A stretch of DNA of 64,000 nt from Octopus bimaculoides (lineage: Eukaryota), in contig NC_068990.1 of assembly GCF_001194135.2 (NCBI RefSeq), positions 78,922,799 through 78,986,798 on the forward strand. Direction: 5' to 3'. The notes beneath the pieces were generated by a model that saw nothing but the letters and a program-made list of their open reading frames with translations, was not told the DNA's origin and did not search any database. Positions 11,850 through 23,896 of this stretch are shown here, in pieces (position 1 is the first letter of the stretch; every line of letters begins with the position of its first letter). The position numbers and the translations under genes were made by a program.

Positions 11850-13180
11850 TTAGATATGTTTCGACCAAAGATTGGTCCAGGCCATGTCTAACTTAATAGC
11901 ACCACCTGATAGGATTATCTAAATCCTTTTGTAAGCCAACTTTTGTTTATGGTCCATTCAAGTAGTGAGTTCTTGTTGAGTGAGTTGTATCCGGGTATGG
12001 GTGGCTTATCTGGTATTCCTTGAAGAAATCTGTCTAGACTCCGTTTAAAGCTGATAGGATCCTTTTCCCCTTTTATCTGTTTTGGGACAATGTTAAACAG
12101 AGAAGGGCCTGTTGAGGAAAAGAAATTATGCCGCAGTGTACCTATATGTTGTGATCCTGAATTGGGCAGGGGACGTATGGCCCGTGGTCCCAGCCTTGGA
12201 TGAACCTTGAAACTAATGTTCAGGTCGTTTGGGCAATGCTGGCGGTCTAATCTCCACATCGTACAGATGATGTACCGCTCGCGGCGGTGCGGAAGAGAGT
12301 AGAGCTTCAAGGTTTTAAGGCGGTCCCTGTAATGAAGATCAGCCATGCCTTCAATTCGTTTAGTGAGTGCCCTCTGGGGTGATTCAATCCTCGAGATGTT
12401 TTGTTTTGTATGGGGAGACCACAAGGGGCAACAGTATTCGAGGTGTGGCTGTACAAAGGAGGAGAAAAGTGGAATGATGACACCTTGTTCTCTAAACCGG
12501 AAGATTCTTAAGATCCAGGAGCTCATCCTACGAGCTATATCGACCTTATTGTTGATGTGGGCACTCCAACTGAGATTGTTATCAACAATTACACCCAGAT
12601 CTCTGATTTTATTGGAAGCCGTGAGCGGTTCCCCTGAAAGAAGAGAGTATGGCTATTTGCGTATAGACTTTCTTCCGAAATGCATCAGCTCAAATTTTCC
12701 CTCGTTCAGTTTCATTCTGCTTTTGTCTGCCCATTGACTCACCGCATATAGATCAGACTGGAATTGGGTTTGGTCTTCTTCTTCTTTGATGATTTGCTGG
12801 AGCTTAGTGTCATCAGCAAATATTTTCACTTTGCAGTGATTTACGACGCTGGAAAGGTCATTTATATAAATTATAAAGCGGAGCGGGCCCAAGACAGTCC
12901 CCTGAGGGACCCACTGGTGACTTTTGGTGGGCTTGAGCGGACTCCATCGACTACAACTTCTTGTGTTCTATTCTCCAGGAAATACTTAATCCAGAGTAGA
13001 AGTTTTCCACGGATTCNNNNNNNNNNTATATATATATATATATATGTATGTATGTGTGTGTGTGTGTGTGTGTGTGTACGGGAGACCGACATGTTTTTTC
13101 ATATAGGTAGTAACGAAGAGTAGAAAGATCATTTCCCGTAGTCAGGTAATGCACCCATTCAGACAATTGGTCTGTCGTAG
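11850..13180 (-). mobile_element. CR1/L2-group LINE, RT domain to 3' end, frameshifted and interrupted by a microsatellite and gap
   Basis: IRGKLLLWIKYFLENRTQEVVVDG; SG..QG..LGPLRFIIYINDL; KIFADDTKL; PHLEYCCPLWSP; RLKTLKLYSLPHRRERY; stop at 11915. Confidence 0.92.
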
Positions 13181-14463
13181 TTTTATGTCGCCGATAATTA
13201 TTCTTACAAGAGAAGAGGATAGAGGGAGTGGGGGTGGAGTGTGGCGAGAGTGAAGTTCACATTAATGTACTGACACCATTTTCCATAAACTATCGAATCT
13301 GTTTCAGGAAGTTATTAATTACGATAATGTAGTTAGAACTATAGTTAATAACATTTAAACAAGCTGAGACGCCGACATACAGGAACAGAGAGACGGGAGA
13401 TTGATAGAGACAAAAATATAATGAATATATAATCTGAAAATAAGTAGAGGATAATAATAGAAACAATTTATTAATAGCAATAGAAGGAGAGAAAGTGGGA
13501 GAGAGAGAGGGAGGAGAGAGAGAGAGAGAGAGAGAGGCGAGAGAGAGATGAAGAGGGAGATAAAGGAGAGTAAATAATAGGTGAGTAATTTGTAGTGCAT
13601 GAACGAATGTGGAACAGAGAGGTTGAAAGTAATGAAAGGGCAAATTGGGAATCATGTCTATATACATATATATNNNNNNNNNNNNNNNNNNNNNNNNNNN
13701 NNNNNNNNNNNNNNNNNNNNNNNNNNNNNNNNNNNNNNNNNNNNNNNNNNNNNNNNNNNNNNNNNNNNNNNNNNNNNNNNNNNNNNNNNNNNNNNNNNNN
13801 NNNNNNNNNNNNNNNNNNNNNNNNNNNNNNNNNNNNNNNNNNNNNNNNNNNNNNNNNNNNNNNNNNNNNNNNNNNNNNNNNNNNNNNNNNNNNNNNNNNN
13901 NNNNNNNNNNNNNNNNNNNNNNNNNNNNNNNNNNNNNNNNNNNNNNNNNNNNNNNNNNNNNNNNNNNNNNNNNNNNNNNNNNNNNNNNNNNNNNNNNNNN
14001 NNNNNNNNNNNNNNNNNNNNNNNNNNNNNNNNNNNNNNNNNNNNNNNNNNNNNNNNNNNNNNNNNNNNNNNNNNNNNNNNNNNNNNNNNNNNNNNNNNNN
14101 NNNNNNNNNNNNNNNNNNNNNNNNNNNNNNNNNNNNNNNNNNNNNNNNNNNNNNNNNNNNNNNNNNNNNNNNNNNNNNNNNNNNNNNNNNNNNNNNNNNN
14201 NNNNNNNNNNNNNNNNNNNNNNNNNNNNNNNNNNNNNNNNNNNNNNNNNNNNNNNNNNNNNNNNNNNNNNNNNNNNNNNNNNNNNNNNNNNNNNNNNNNN
14301 NNNNNNNNNNNNNNNNNNNNNNNNNNNNNNNNNNNNNNNNNNNNNNNNNNNNNNNNNNNNNNNNNNNNNNNNNNNNNNNNNNNNNNNNNNNNNNNNNNNN
14401 NNNNNNNNNNNNNNNNNNNNNNNNNNNNNNNNNNNNNNNNNNNNNNNNNNNNNNNNNNNNNNN

Positions 14464-14520
<57 letters not shown>

Positions 14521-14695
14521 TAATAATAAATCTCAGGATAGCAAAAAATTTTAGAAATTTTATTTTCTACCAGTGGTCTAGCGAGATGAAAAAAAAACTA
14601 GTCAATAGACTATATATTATTCATAGAAATACATACAGTGTACATTTAAACACATAAGAGAGATGTCCATTCCCTTTCGAAATTATATATATATA

Positions 14696-15852
14696 TTGGG
14701 TCATCCTTTAAATAATGCGGATTTTTTTCAATTGTATGAACAACAAGTCGGAGGGGTATGGAATAAACTATCTGCATCAACTTGCTATAAAAGCAGGTAG
14801 CAATTTTACATCGTATTTCTACTTAGTGCAAAGTTTGCAGAATACAGTTCGATTTTAACACTTATTTTTTCAAAGCTATAATGGAAGTGACAAACGAGCA
14901 TATTCGGTATATTTTGCTTTATGAATTCAATAAAGGCAACAACGCAACGGAAAGAGCGAGGAATATTAACGCTGTATGTGGGGATTGGACAATAAGCGTA
15001 AGCCAGTGTCAATGTCAACGGTGGTTCCAGAAATTCGGAGCCGGAAATTACAGACTAGAAGATGAGCCACATTTTGGAAGATCTGTAGAGCTCGACGAGG
15101 ACTTCTTGCAAAATCCGGTCGTAATTGTTGAGGAACTAGGAGAGGTGCTTGGATTTGGTCATTCAACCATTCATTGACACCTGCGTGCAATCGGAAATGT
15201 CAGCAAATTGGGTCAATGTGTTCCTCACAAACTTTCGGAGTCTAATCGTGCGCAGTTAGTGAATGTGTGCTCTTCTTTGCTGTCACGTCTCACCAATGAA
15301 CATTTTTGGGGACCAAGTAGTGACTGGTGACGAGAAATGAATTCTCTATAAAAATTCAAGCGCCAAAGACAGTAGGGAAAGGAGAAACACTGGCACCCCA
15401 GGCTAAAGAACGTCTTCACTCAGCGCTAGAAGAAAAACGACCATCGTTGGTTTCAAGAACAAAAGTCTTCTTCCAGTAGTATAATACTCGGCCACATACA
15501 GCGAGGATGACGTTCCAAAGCCTGGAGCTGTTTGGATGGGAAACGATGCACCACCTACCATATTCACCGGACATTGCCCAATCTGATTAATACTCATTCC
15601 TCAATCTTCAAAATCATTTGGACGAAAAAAATATGAATTCTGTAGACGAGGTCAGAACAGTACTGGAGCTGTATTCTTCGTCACGGATAAGTGAACTATT
15701 GAAGAGGGGCCTCGCAAGTGTACAAGATAGTTAGAAGAGCATTGTAGAAAATGATGGAGAGTATATTTTAGATGAAAAAAGAACTTTGTTTATCTTAATG
15801 TTAAAAAATAAAAGAAGTACTAAAAAACCGCATTATTTGTGGTATGACCCAA
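14696..15852 (+). mobile_element. Mariner (DD34D-type) element with both TIRs and an internally deleted, inactivated transposase
   Basis: MEVTNEHIRYILLYEF..RWFQKF..LEDEP..GR (HTH); VTGDEK*ILY; YNTRPH; HLPYSPDIA. TIRs ttgggtcatcc..aaataatgcgg at left and ccgcattatttgtggtatgacccaa at right. Confidence 0.92.
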
Positions 15853-15859
15853 AATGTGT

Positions 15860-15906
<47 letters not shown>

Positions 15907-18438
15907 TGAGTGTGTGTGTGTGCAAGTGCGCGTGTGTGTATATATAAACGTGATGGTTATTGAACTTTTGTCATTCTTACTTCTATGTTCTTCGCTCTAA
16001 ATCACTTGAGGATGTTCCTTTGAAAATTCGTCTCTAAGAATACAAACACATACACACACGCAGATATGCACGCACACATGCACACGCACACATGCACACG
16101 CACACATGCACACGCACACAAACACGCCTCACCTCATACGACTTTGAACTCGCATTCAGATGCATTGCATAATAATGTCGCTTTAAAGCGTTCATGTTTA
16201 AACAATTGTAGGTTTACTTTCTAAATCGTGCAACGTAGTGAATACTTATTTCTAAACACGCTGTTATCGTATAATTTGGTGTATATTCCCTGTTCTGTTT
16301 TCCTTTTCATTTTTATCGATACCTGGTCACTGTTCTCTTATCGTTTGATCACTTTGTATTCATAAAGCTTTTAAGATTTTATCATTGACATTTTTAATAG
16401 CATCAATCTGCTATTCTTACCATTTTTCACCTTCTTTGAATCAATATTTCTTTCTAATATCGCTGTCTACATTCTCCTCAGCGTTGTCATGTTACTTTTT
16501 ATATTTCTTTTCGTCCAGTTTTGCTTTTTTCCCACACTACACGGCTGACATCTAGATCTACTTCACGACAAAGTCAACTTTTAATATCTTTTAATCAATT
16601 TATATTCAAGCAAGATTATATTCTATACTTTAACTCCTCCATCTCTGACTAATACCAATTGATTTTCTTCAATTATATTTTTGTTTAATTGACAAACTGC
16701 ACCTCAAACTCTTTCTCCAGTTTTTCCGTGTTTTCTTGTATTTCATAAACTTTCTCTAATGACCTGTATTCACGTAATTTCACTTAATGACACATAAAGT
16801 TTCTCTTTATTTTGACAGAACATTTCAAATTCATAATTCCTGTTTGTCGATAAATTCTGTTAATGATTTAATTAATTTCTTAGGTAAACCATTCGTCCAG
16901 ACTTTATAGTTATTTTCCTTAATATATTTGTTATTGCATACATTGGAGCGACGAAGCGTATTTCGATATTTCATTGACAGTATCAATGGACTGAAGAATT
17001 TTAAAAACTGCACCAAAGAATTTATAATTTCAAACTAGATTTTGGGACAACCCTATAAAACGTAAAGTATTTTCTGGAATTGTGACATTTTTATCTCAAT
17101 ATTTGCAAAACCAAACATAAATTAATATTTGGAATATTTTTTTGATCATCCTCACCCATACCTGTTTTGACGTTAATTTCATAAAAGAATCTATTTAAAA
17201 ACGGAATTGTATAATTTTTAACTCATAAAATATTCCATTCCTTTAACTATAAGAAATATTTTCTAGTGTGCCAGACTTGAAGAATGTGGAATGATAACAA
17301 GCACTTTGGAGGCCGATCAGTTTTGTTTAACCTAAATGTCCAACGAGGATCATAAAGTCTATTTTTTGCTTTCTGCTGTTGAAGGTAACCCGGTAACCCC
17401 TCATCCATTTTACTTCTGCAAGTATACATACATACATACATACATACATGTATGCATTATATATATGAGTATGACAATACCAGCAGCCAAAATAGATGTA
17501 GTAACAAAAATCACAATAACAGCAGCAGAAGCAACAGTACCACCACCACCACCACTGCTACAACCATCACCACCACCATTACCACTACCACCATTGCAAT
17601 AACAACAACAACAATAACAGTAACCGATGCGACAGTCCATTGAGTTTATCGAGTTCCATTTGGAGAGGAAAGTTAAGAGCAGATTGGAAGTTGTTGTTCT
17701 TCGGTAAATCTATCGAAATTTCAATAAAAATGGTAAATGTGGCTCCCGTAAATGGGCCAAGTCTTCACAAGGAGCTCCAGAGCCGCATTTAGCATTAGGA
17801 TCAGGATAATCCTGAATTTGTGAGGGTCATTTAGTGATCCTACTTTGTGGTATTCATCGCTGGCCACCCAAGACAAGTTGTTCTCAACAGTTGGTCTGCA
17901 TATGACCGGTAGGGGACCATAGAAGATTTAAGATTCGTTGAAATTTATCTACAATCAATTAGTTTTACTTCTACAATACACAAAATATTTTAACAATTCT
18001 TTTAATACAATTCCTAATAATAATTATAAAAATATAATGGGATTCTTGTTTAATATCGAATGGTTATAAGGGATCATCCAAGTAAAACAGATATCAAAGG
18101 AATCCATTGGCAAAACATGGCTGCGAACCACTGGTCTACAACGTATTTCAACATTCTATCAACGAACTGTGTCGTTTATTCACATCTTTTTATTTATTTA
18201 TTCAGTTTGATTTCAGTCTCAGCTTCCATACTTTGTATAATCCCTCCCCATTCTTTCCACTCCTCATCGTCGCATTGTTTTTTTGCTGTATACGTCATAG
18301 CGTGGTAATTGTTATATCAATATAGTCTTCCGTAATGTAATCAGTGACTTTGAGAAGCACGTAAGTAATGTTTATTTGAAATTCCCCGGTCGTTATATAA
18401 ATACATTATATGTCGTTGCACACACACACACGCACGCA

Positions 18439-18517
<79 letters not shown>

Positions 18518-19239
18518 AACATTATACAGCGTTGTATCAAGACATTATACATCAAAAATAGCAACGTCATCTTGTGAGTGTCCTATGGAGGAAGAAGAGA
18601 CCATATTATCTTTTCATCCTCATCCTCTTCCTGTTTTTACCTTTTTTCTAAGTCGTCCTCATCTTAAATGTTTACCATGGACGCGTCGAAGTCAAATTTT
18701 GCTGATTTATTTATTTATTTATTGTTACATAAAACCGTTGCCGTTTTGTTGTAATTATGACTTTTGATAGGGCAGCGTTGTTGTGGACTTTGGCTTCTGA
18801 CGTTGTTGTTGCTTTTAGTTTTTCTATTCTCTTTGTTCTTGTAGATATCGTCTTGTCACTAACGCTTTAACCACTGATGTTCTCGCCACCACCACCACCA
18901 CCACCATTTCCGCCGCAACATCGACAGCGACGACAACAGCAACCACTACCACCACCTCAGCCATCACAAACCGTACCCCCACCAATATCACTCCCTTAAC
19001 ATCACAAACAAAACCCCGGCCATCGCCATCCTCACTACCTCCAATACCAAATTAAACATCAGCCCTTCCATTATCTTTGCCCCCCCCCCCCGCCAACAGC
19101 ATTCTCTACAAACTCCATTAGCATTATTATGGTGAATGCAAAGACCAACAACTGGACACTCATAGACCCGACTGTCCATTGGTCATTACCTTCAAAGTAA
19201 CGGGAATCTCCATTACGTAAGCAATTATCATTAAGAATA

Positions 19240-19274
<35 letters not shown>

Positions 19275-19309
19275 AAGGAGGAGGAGAAGTAATAATAATA
19301 ATTATTATT

Positions 19310-19760
19310 AAGTAGACCAGATATTGTGATAGATAAAGGAAGAAAGGAAACCAAGATCATAGATATTGCAACACCTGGAGATGCACGCACAAGTGATAAA
19401 GAAGTAGAAAAGATTGAAAAGTACAGACTACTAAAAGATGAAATTACAAGAATGTGGACTATTAGGGAGAGTGTCTGTCATTCCAGTAGTTATAGGGGCA
19501 CTCGGAGCATTAACAACCAAATTCGAGAAATATGTCAAAGAAATCGGAATTGACATGAGAGCAGAGCAAACCCCCAAAACAGATCTGTTAGGTACAGCTA
19601 GGATTTGAGATTGGTACTTGGATGTTGAGTGTCTCCCACGATAATTATCAACGAAGTATCAAAGCTTATAATCTGCGGAAAGAGACCCCGTAACACATCC
19701 GTCGTATGCCTTACGATAATCGATCCATGACATGGCTAAGTTAGTTTTCGTCCTCTTGCA
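19310..19760 (+). mobile_element. R4/Dong-like RLE 3' fragment
   Basis: SRPDIVIDKGRKETKIIDIATPGD..KEVEKIEKY..L..EITRMW..VIPVVIGALG; preceded by aataataataattattatt. Confidence 0.88.
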
Positions 19761-19769
19761 GTCTCTAAG

Positions 19770-20495
19770 TACAGTTTTTTTCTACATGCATTAAGAACGA
19801 ATTACATCAAATACAGAATAGACAACACATCAGAAGTGCAGACTTTGTGGACAAAATGGTGAATTCACATGGCATATTACCAGTCAACGTTTGCCACTAG
19901 CCCAGAAAAAATATAAGCGACGTCATGACAATATAACCAGGCTTGTCCATTGGACACTATGCAACAAGTATGGACTTGACAGAGGAAAAAAGTGGTACGA
20001 ACATAAACTCGAAGGCATCATCGAAAATGATAATGCAAAGATCCTGTGGGATTTTATGATTCAGTGCGACCATGAGATAGAGAATAGGAAGCCAGACATA
20101 GTCTTAGTTGAGAAAGAAAGCAAACTATGCTGGATCATAGATATAATATGCCCAGCTGACAACAAGGTATGCGATAAGGAAGAAAGAAAAGTCGAGAGAT
20201 ATGACAGGTTAGCTTGGGAGGTTAAACAGTCGTGGCCGATGAAAAAGGTGGTAGTAGTAGTACCAATAATTGTCGGAGCTCTGAGAACAGTAAGTAAAAA
20301 TGTTGAGAAGTACATGGAACAAATAGGGGCTGCAATAAGGGTGGAGCACTTGCAGAATACAGCACTGCCTGGAACCGCTTGAATACTCCGGATGGTGCTC
20401 GAAAAATAAGAGGTGTTACCTTAGTTCAATGGTAGTGAACAGCTGGCACCGTAGTACATCTCCACCGTTACAAGCTGTGCAAAGACAATAAAATA
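19770..20495 (+). mobile_element. R4/Dong-like CCHC plus RLE 3' fragment with 3' UTR
   Basis: ALRTNYIKYRID..CRLCG..WHI; RRHDN; ILWDFMIQCD..RKPDIVLV..IIDI.CPAD; ends in aaaataataatgat. Same subfamily as 28366-29612. Confidence 0.92.
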
Positions 20496-20504
20496 ATAAT
20501 GATG

Positions 20505-21010
20505 ATAAATCTTTTTTACATGGATTATTTAAGGCTCTTTGCAAAAAAAGACCAACAACTACAGGGTTTAATAGCAATTGTTAAACAATTCAGTGATGAC
20601 ATGAGTTCGCAATTTGGCCTCCATAAATGTGCAAAAGCTACCTTTATCAAAGGAAAAATGACAGAAACATCTAACGTTAACTGTCACCAGAAGAATGTCA
20701 TAAAGGAGTTAGAACCAGCAGAGAGCTACAAATACCAAGGAGTATTTGAAGGGGACAGAATCAAACATCCAGTGATGAAGGAAAGGTTCAGAAGAGGATG
20801 TTATCGCAGTGTAAGGGCGATACTCAAGACAGAGCTGAGTGCAAGAAACAGGATTGAAGCGATCAATACTTTAGCCATACCAGTCGTGACTTACAGTTTC
20901 AATATTTATTAACTGGTCACTTACTAAAATCTGTAATCTTGACAGAAAAATACAGAAACTGTTGACAATGCATAGAATGCACCACCCTAAGGTAAATATA
21001 GAACGACTAG
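20505..21010 (+). mobile_element. R4/Dong-like RT fragment (YMDD-equivalent to thumb)
   Basis: INLFYMDYLRLFAK..QFGLHKCAKATF..KTELSARNRIEAINTLAIPVVTYSFN..LDRKIQKLLTMHRMHHPK. Confidence 0.9.
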
Positions 21011-21721
21011 AGGGGGACTGTTAATAAAAGCCAGGGTGCGTTGCATTACTTAATATGTAAAAAAGTATATATCGTAAATACACAAACGAAAAGTAAAAAC
21101 GTACAATGACTGCACAAAAGGATGGAAGACAGACACTATATATGTATATAAATNNNNNNNNNNNNNNNNNNNNNNNNNNNNNNNNNNNNNNNNNNNNNNN
21201 NNNNNNNNNNNNNNNNNNNNNNNNNNNNNNNNNNNNNNNNNNNNNNNNNNNNNNNNNNNNNNNNNNNNNNNNNNNNNNNNNNNNNNNNNNNNNNNNNNNN
21301 NNNNNNNNNNNNNNNNNNNNNNNNNNNNNNNNNNNNNNNNNNNNNNNNNNNNNNNNNNNNNNNNNNNNNNNNNNNNNNNNNNNNNNNNNNNNNNNNNNNN
21401 NNNNNNNNNNNNNNNNNNNNNNNNNNNNNNNNNNNNNNNNNNNNNNNNNNNNNNNNNNNNNNNNNNNNNNNNNNNNNNNNNNNNNNNNNNNNNNNNNNNN
21501 NNNNNNNNNNNNNNNNNNNNNNNNNNNNNNNNNNNNNNNNNNNNNNNNNNNNNNNNNNNNNNNNNNNNNNNNNNNNNNNNNNNNNNNNNNNNNNNNNNNN
21601 NNNNNNNNNNNNNNNNNNNNNNNNNNNNNNNNNNNNNNNNNNNNNNNNNNNNNNNNNNNNNNNNNNNNNNNNNNNNNNNNNNNNNNNNNNNNNNNNNNNN
21701 NNNNNNNNNNNNNNNNNNNNN

Positions 21722-21765
<44 letters not shown>

Positions 21766-23446
21766 CGTGTGTGTGTGTATAAGTAATCTCTTTCTGATCA
21801 ACATTAAACACCCAGCAAGAATGTTTTCGGTGATTTTCTCTCACTTTTTAAATATTCGCCAGTTGCGTTTGATACTCTTGTTCATGGCCTATTTTGGGTG
21901 GTTTCGACAGAGAAGACTTCAGTATTGTGGCCTCATCTGGAAGTCAGCCGCTTCGGAGAAGTTCATTCCCGATTGTTTTAAGGTATCTTAAAATAATTTT
22001 CATAAAATTCTCAAAACATTTCTTCTTTATATTTACACCTTACAACATTAAACTGCAAGTAATTCCAATTACTTAAGAAGTAGTCGCCATTTTCTATAAA
22101 CAAAGGAGTTGTTACTTATTTTCCCGGCGTCAAATTGTTTTGTATAGTTATTGTTTTTATTATTATCAATTTACCCTCTGGGATATCGTTATAAACTTGT
22201 TTAAAATGCCACTTTTTCATCTATAAATACTACATTTACTAACTTGACGATCAATTGCTCTCAAATATTTTTCTATTTAAATCTTTTTTCTCTCTTACAA
22301 ACGGTTTATATGTCTTCTTTCTATCAATATTTTCAAACTCTTTCTGCTCTCTTATCATTGTACAAACTAACTCATTTACAAATCATATGTTATCTACTTA
22401 TGATTAGTGTCAAGGGACTCGATTATTGAAAATCTTTTCTATATTTTGTTTTACTTTTGGCAGCTTCTTTGCTAATTTCTTTTTCCTCAGGTTTCGAATC
22501 GTTTTATGGCTTCTGCTTTTGACGCTGCATTTCCTTCAACAATTTTCCATTCTCAATACTTTATTTCTTTCCTAAACATTGCGCTAATGGTTTGCTTCGT
22601 ATTAATTTTGCCTTTTGTTTAAAAAAACAAAGCAAAACAAAAAATCCTCTGCTTTCTCTTTCCTGGGTCAGATTTCAAATTCGTAAAGTGACATTCTTCT
22701 CCAAACATTTGGTTCTATGTTAGGACTTACTTTCGATGAGAAGTGGCACATATTGAACTTATATTACGTTTCATAAATTGTGTACGATGGAAGAATCAAT
22801 GCTATATCTATTGGTAGTGAAATAATAGTCTCTCACAAGTGCCTGCCTTATTGGATTTTTTATCTGTTTTCTTTGGGATTACAACAACCTTCTCTGTTAA
22901 CATGAAAGATTTCTGTACAATATTGGTTTATCAAGAAAAATACTTCTCCTCCACCGCCACTTATTTAAAACTCCATTCCTATGTTCACGCATCAATCTGT
23001 CAATTTAAGTCCTTCACAACGCTACTCTTACCTGTCTTAGTTCATTCAAATTACCATGAGAAATCAACAATGTTTAGGTGTGTGCACCTCCGATTTACAA
23101 GGTTTCTAGTGGCAGAAATAAGAACTTTTTTTTATGATATAGTCGACATTTCAGTTCAAAAGGTGAACAATACTTGCAGAGAAACAGAAACCTGGTTCTG
23201 TTACATTATTCAGTCAAGGAAATTCTGGCAGTGCTTAACAATAGCATTTAATAAAAATGGTTTCTTTAATTTAGTTCAAAGAACTTGACAAGAATTCCTC
23301 CAGTTGAATTCTCGGGTTCAGATGACAAAAAATCCGTCGAATGTTATCGCATTTTCTTGGTTTCTTAATTCCCTCAAATCCAGTTAACCGATCTAAATCT
23401 GTTTCCGCTACTCACATAATTTCGAATTATTTTTCTATCCTTCCAA

Positions 23447-23648
23447 GCGTGACTGTGTTGTAAGAAGTTTGCTTCTCAACCACGTGGTTCCGGTTTCAGT
23501 CCACACCATGGCACCTTGAGCAAGTGTCTTCTACTATGGCCCCGACTTGGCAAGAGAGAACGATAACATGAATATTAGGTTTTAAAAATGTACTCGCGAT
23601 GCCCAGCATGGCCGTAGTCGAATGACAGAAACAAGTAAAGGATAAAGG
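23447..23648 (+). mobile_element. tRNA-derived SINE, family D (internally deleted)
   Basis: gtaagaagtttgcttctcaaccac..ggcaccttgagcaagtgtcttctactat..cagcatggccgtagtcgaatgacagaaacaagtaaa; matches 58195-58560. Confidence 0.8.
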
Positions 23649-23896
23649 AGCAAGTAGTCAACACATGATGCTCTGTTAAGTTCATCTGTCAATATCACGT
23701 GGAGGGTAAACGCCAGCGACTCACGTGACAGTTGCGAGTTTTTTTCTATCTGGTGGTGGTGGTAGTAGGGGAGACCGTAACTGCGCTATATATTTGTGTA
23801 TATGTGGGTATATGTGAATGTCTGAACGTGTATGCATGTATAAATATATATCCATGTATGTATGTATGTATGTATGTATGTATGTATGTATGTATG

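Noticed and set aside
11850-11891. Hammerhead interpretation of the CR1 3' hairpin (contains GAAAC)
   Set aside because: Lacks CUGANGA and a correctly placed stem I; kept only as a stem-loop
17640-17960. Possible LINE C-terminal CCHC remnant (PNAKCGSGAPCEDLAHL)
   Set aside because: Too degenerate to assign
22430-23300. Possible L1-type RT remnant (KVVVIPKK..) and a plus-strand 149-aa ORF
   Set aside because: Only one weak motif; the ORF has no recognisable product
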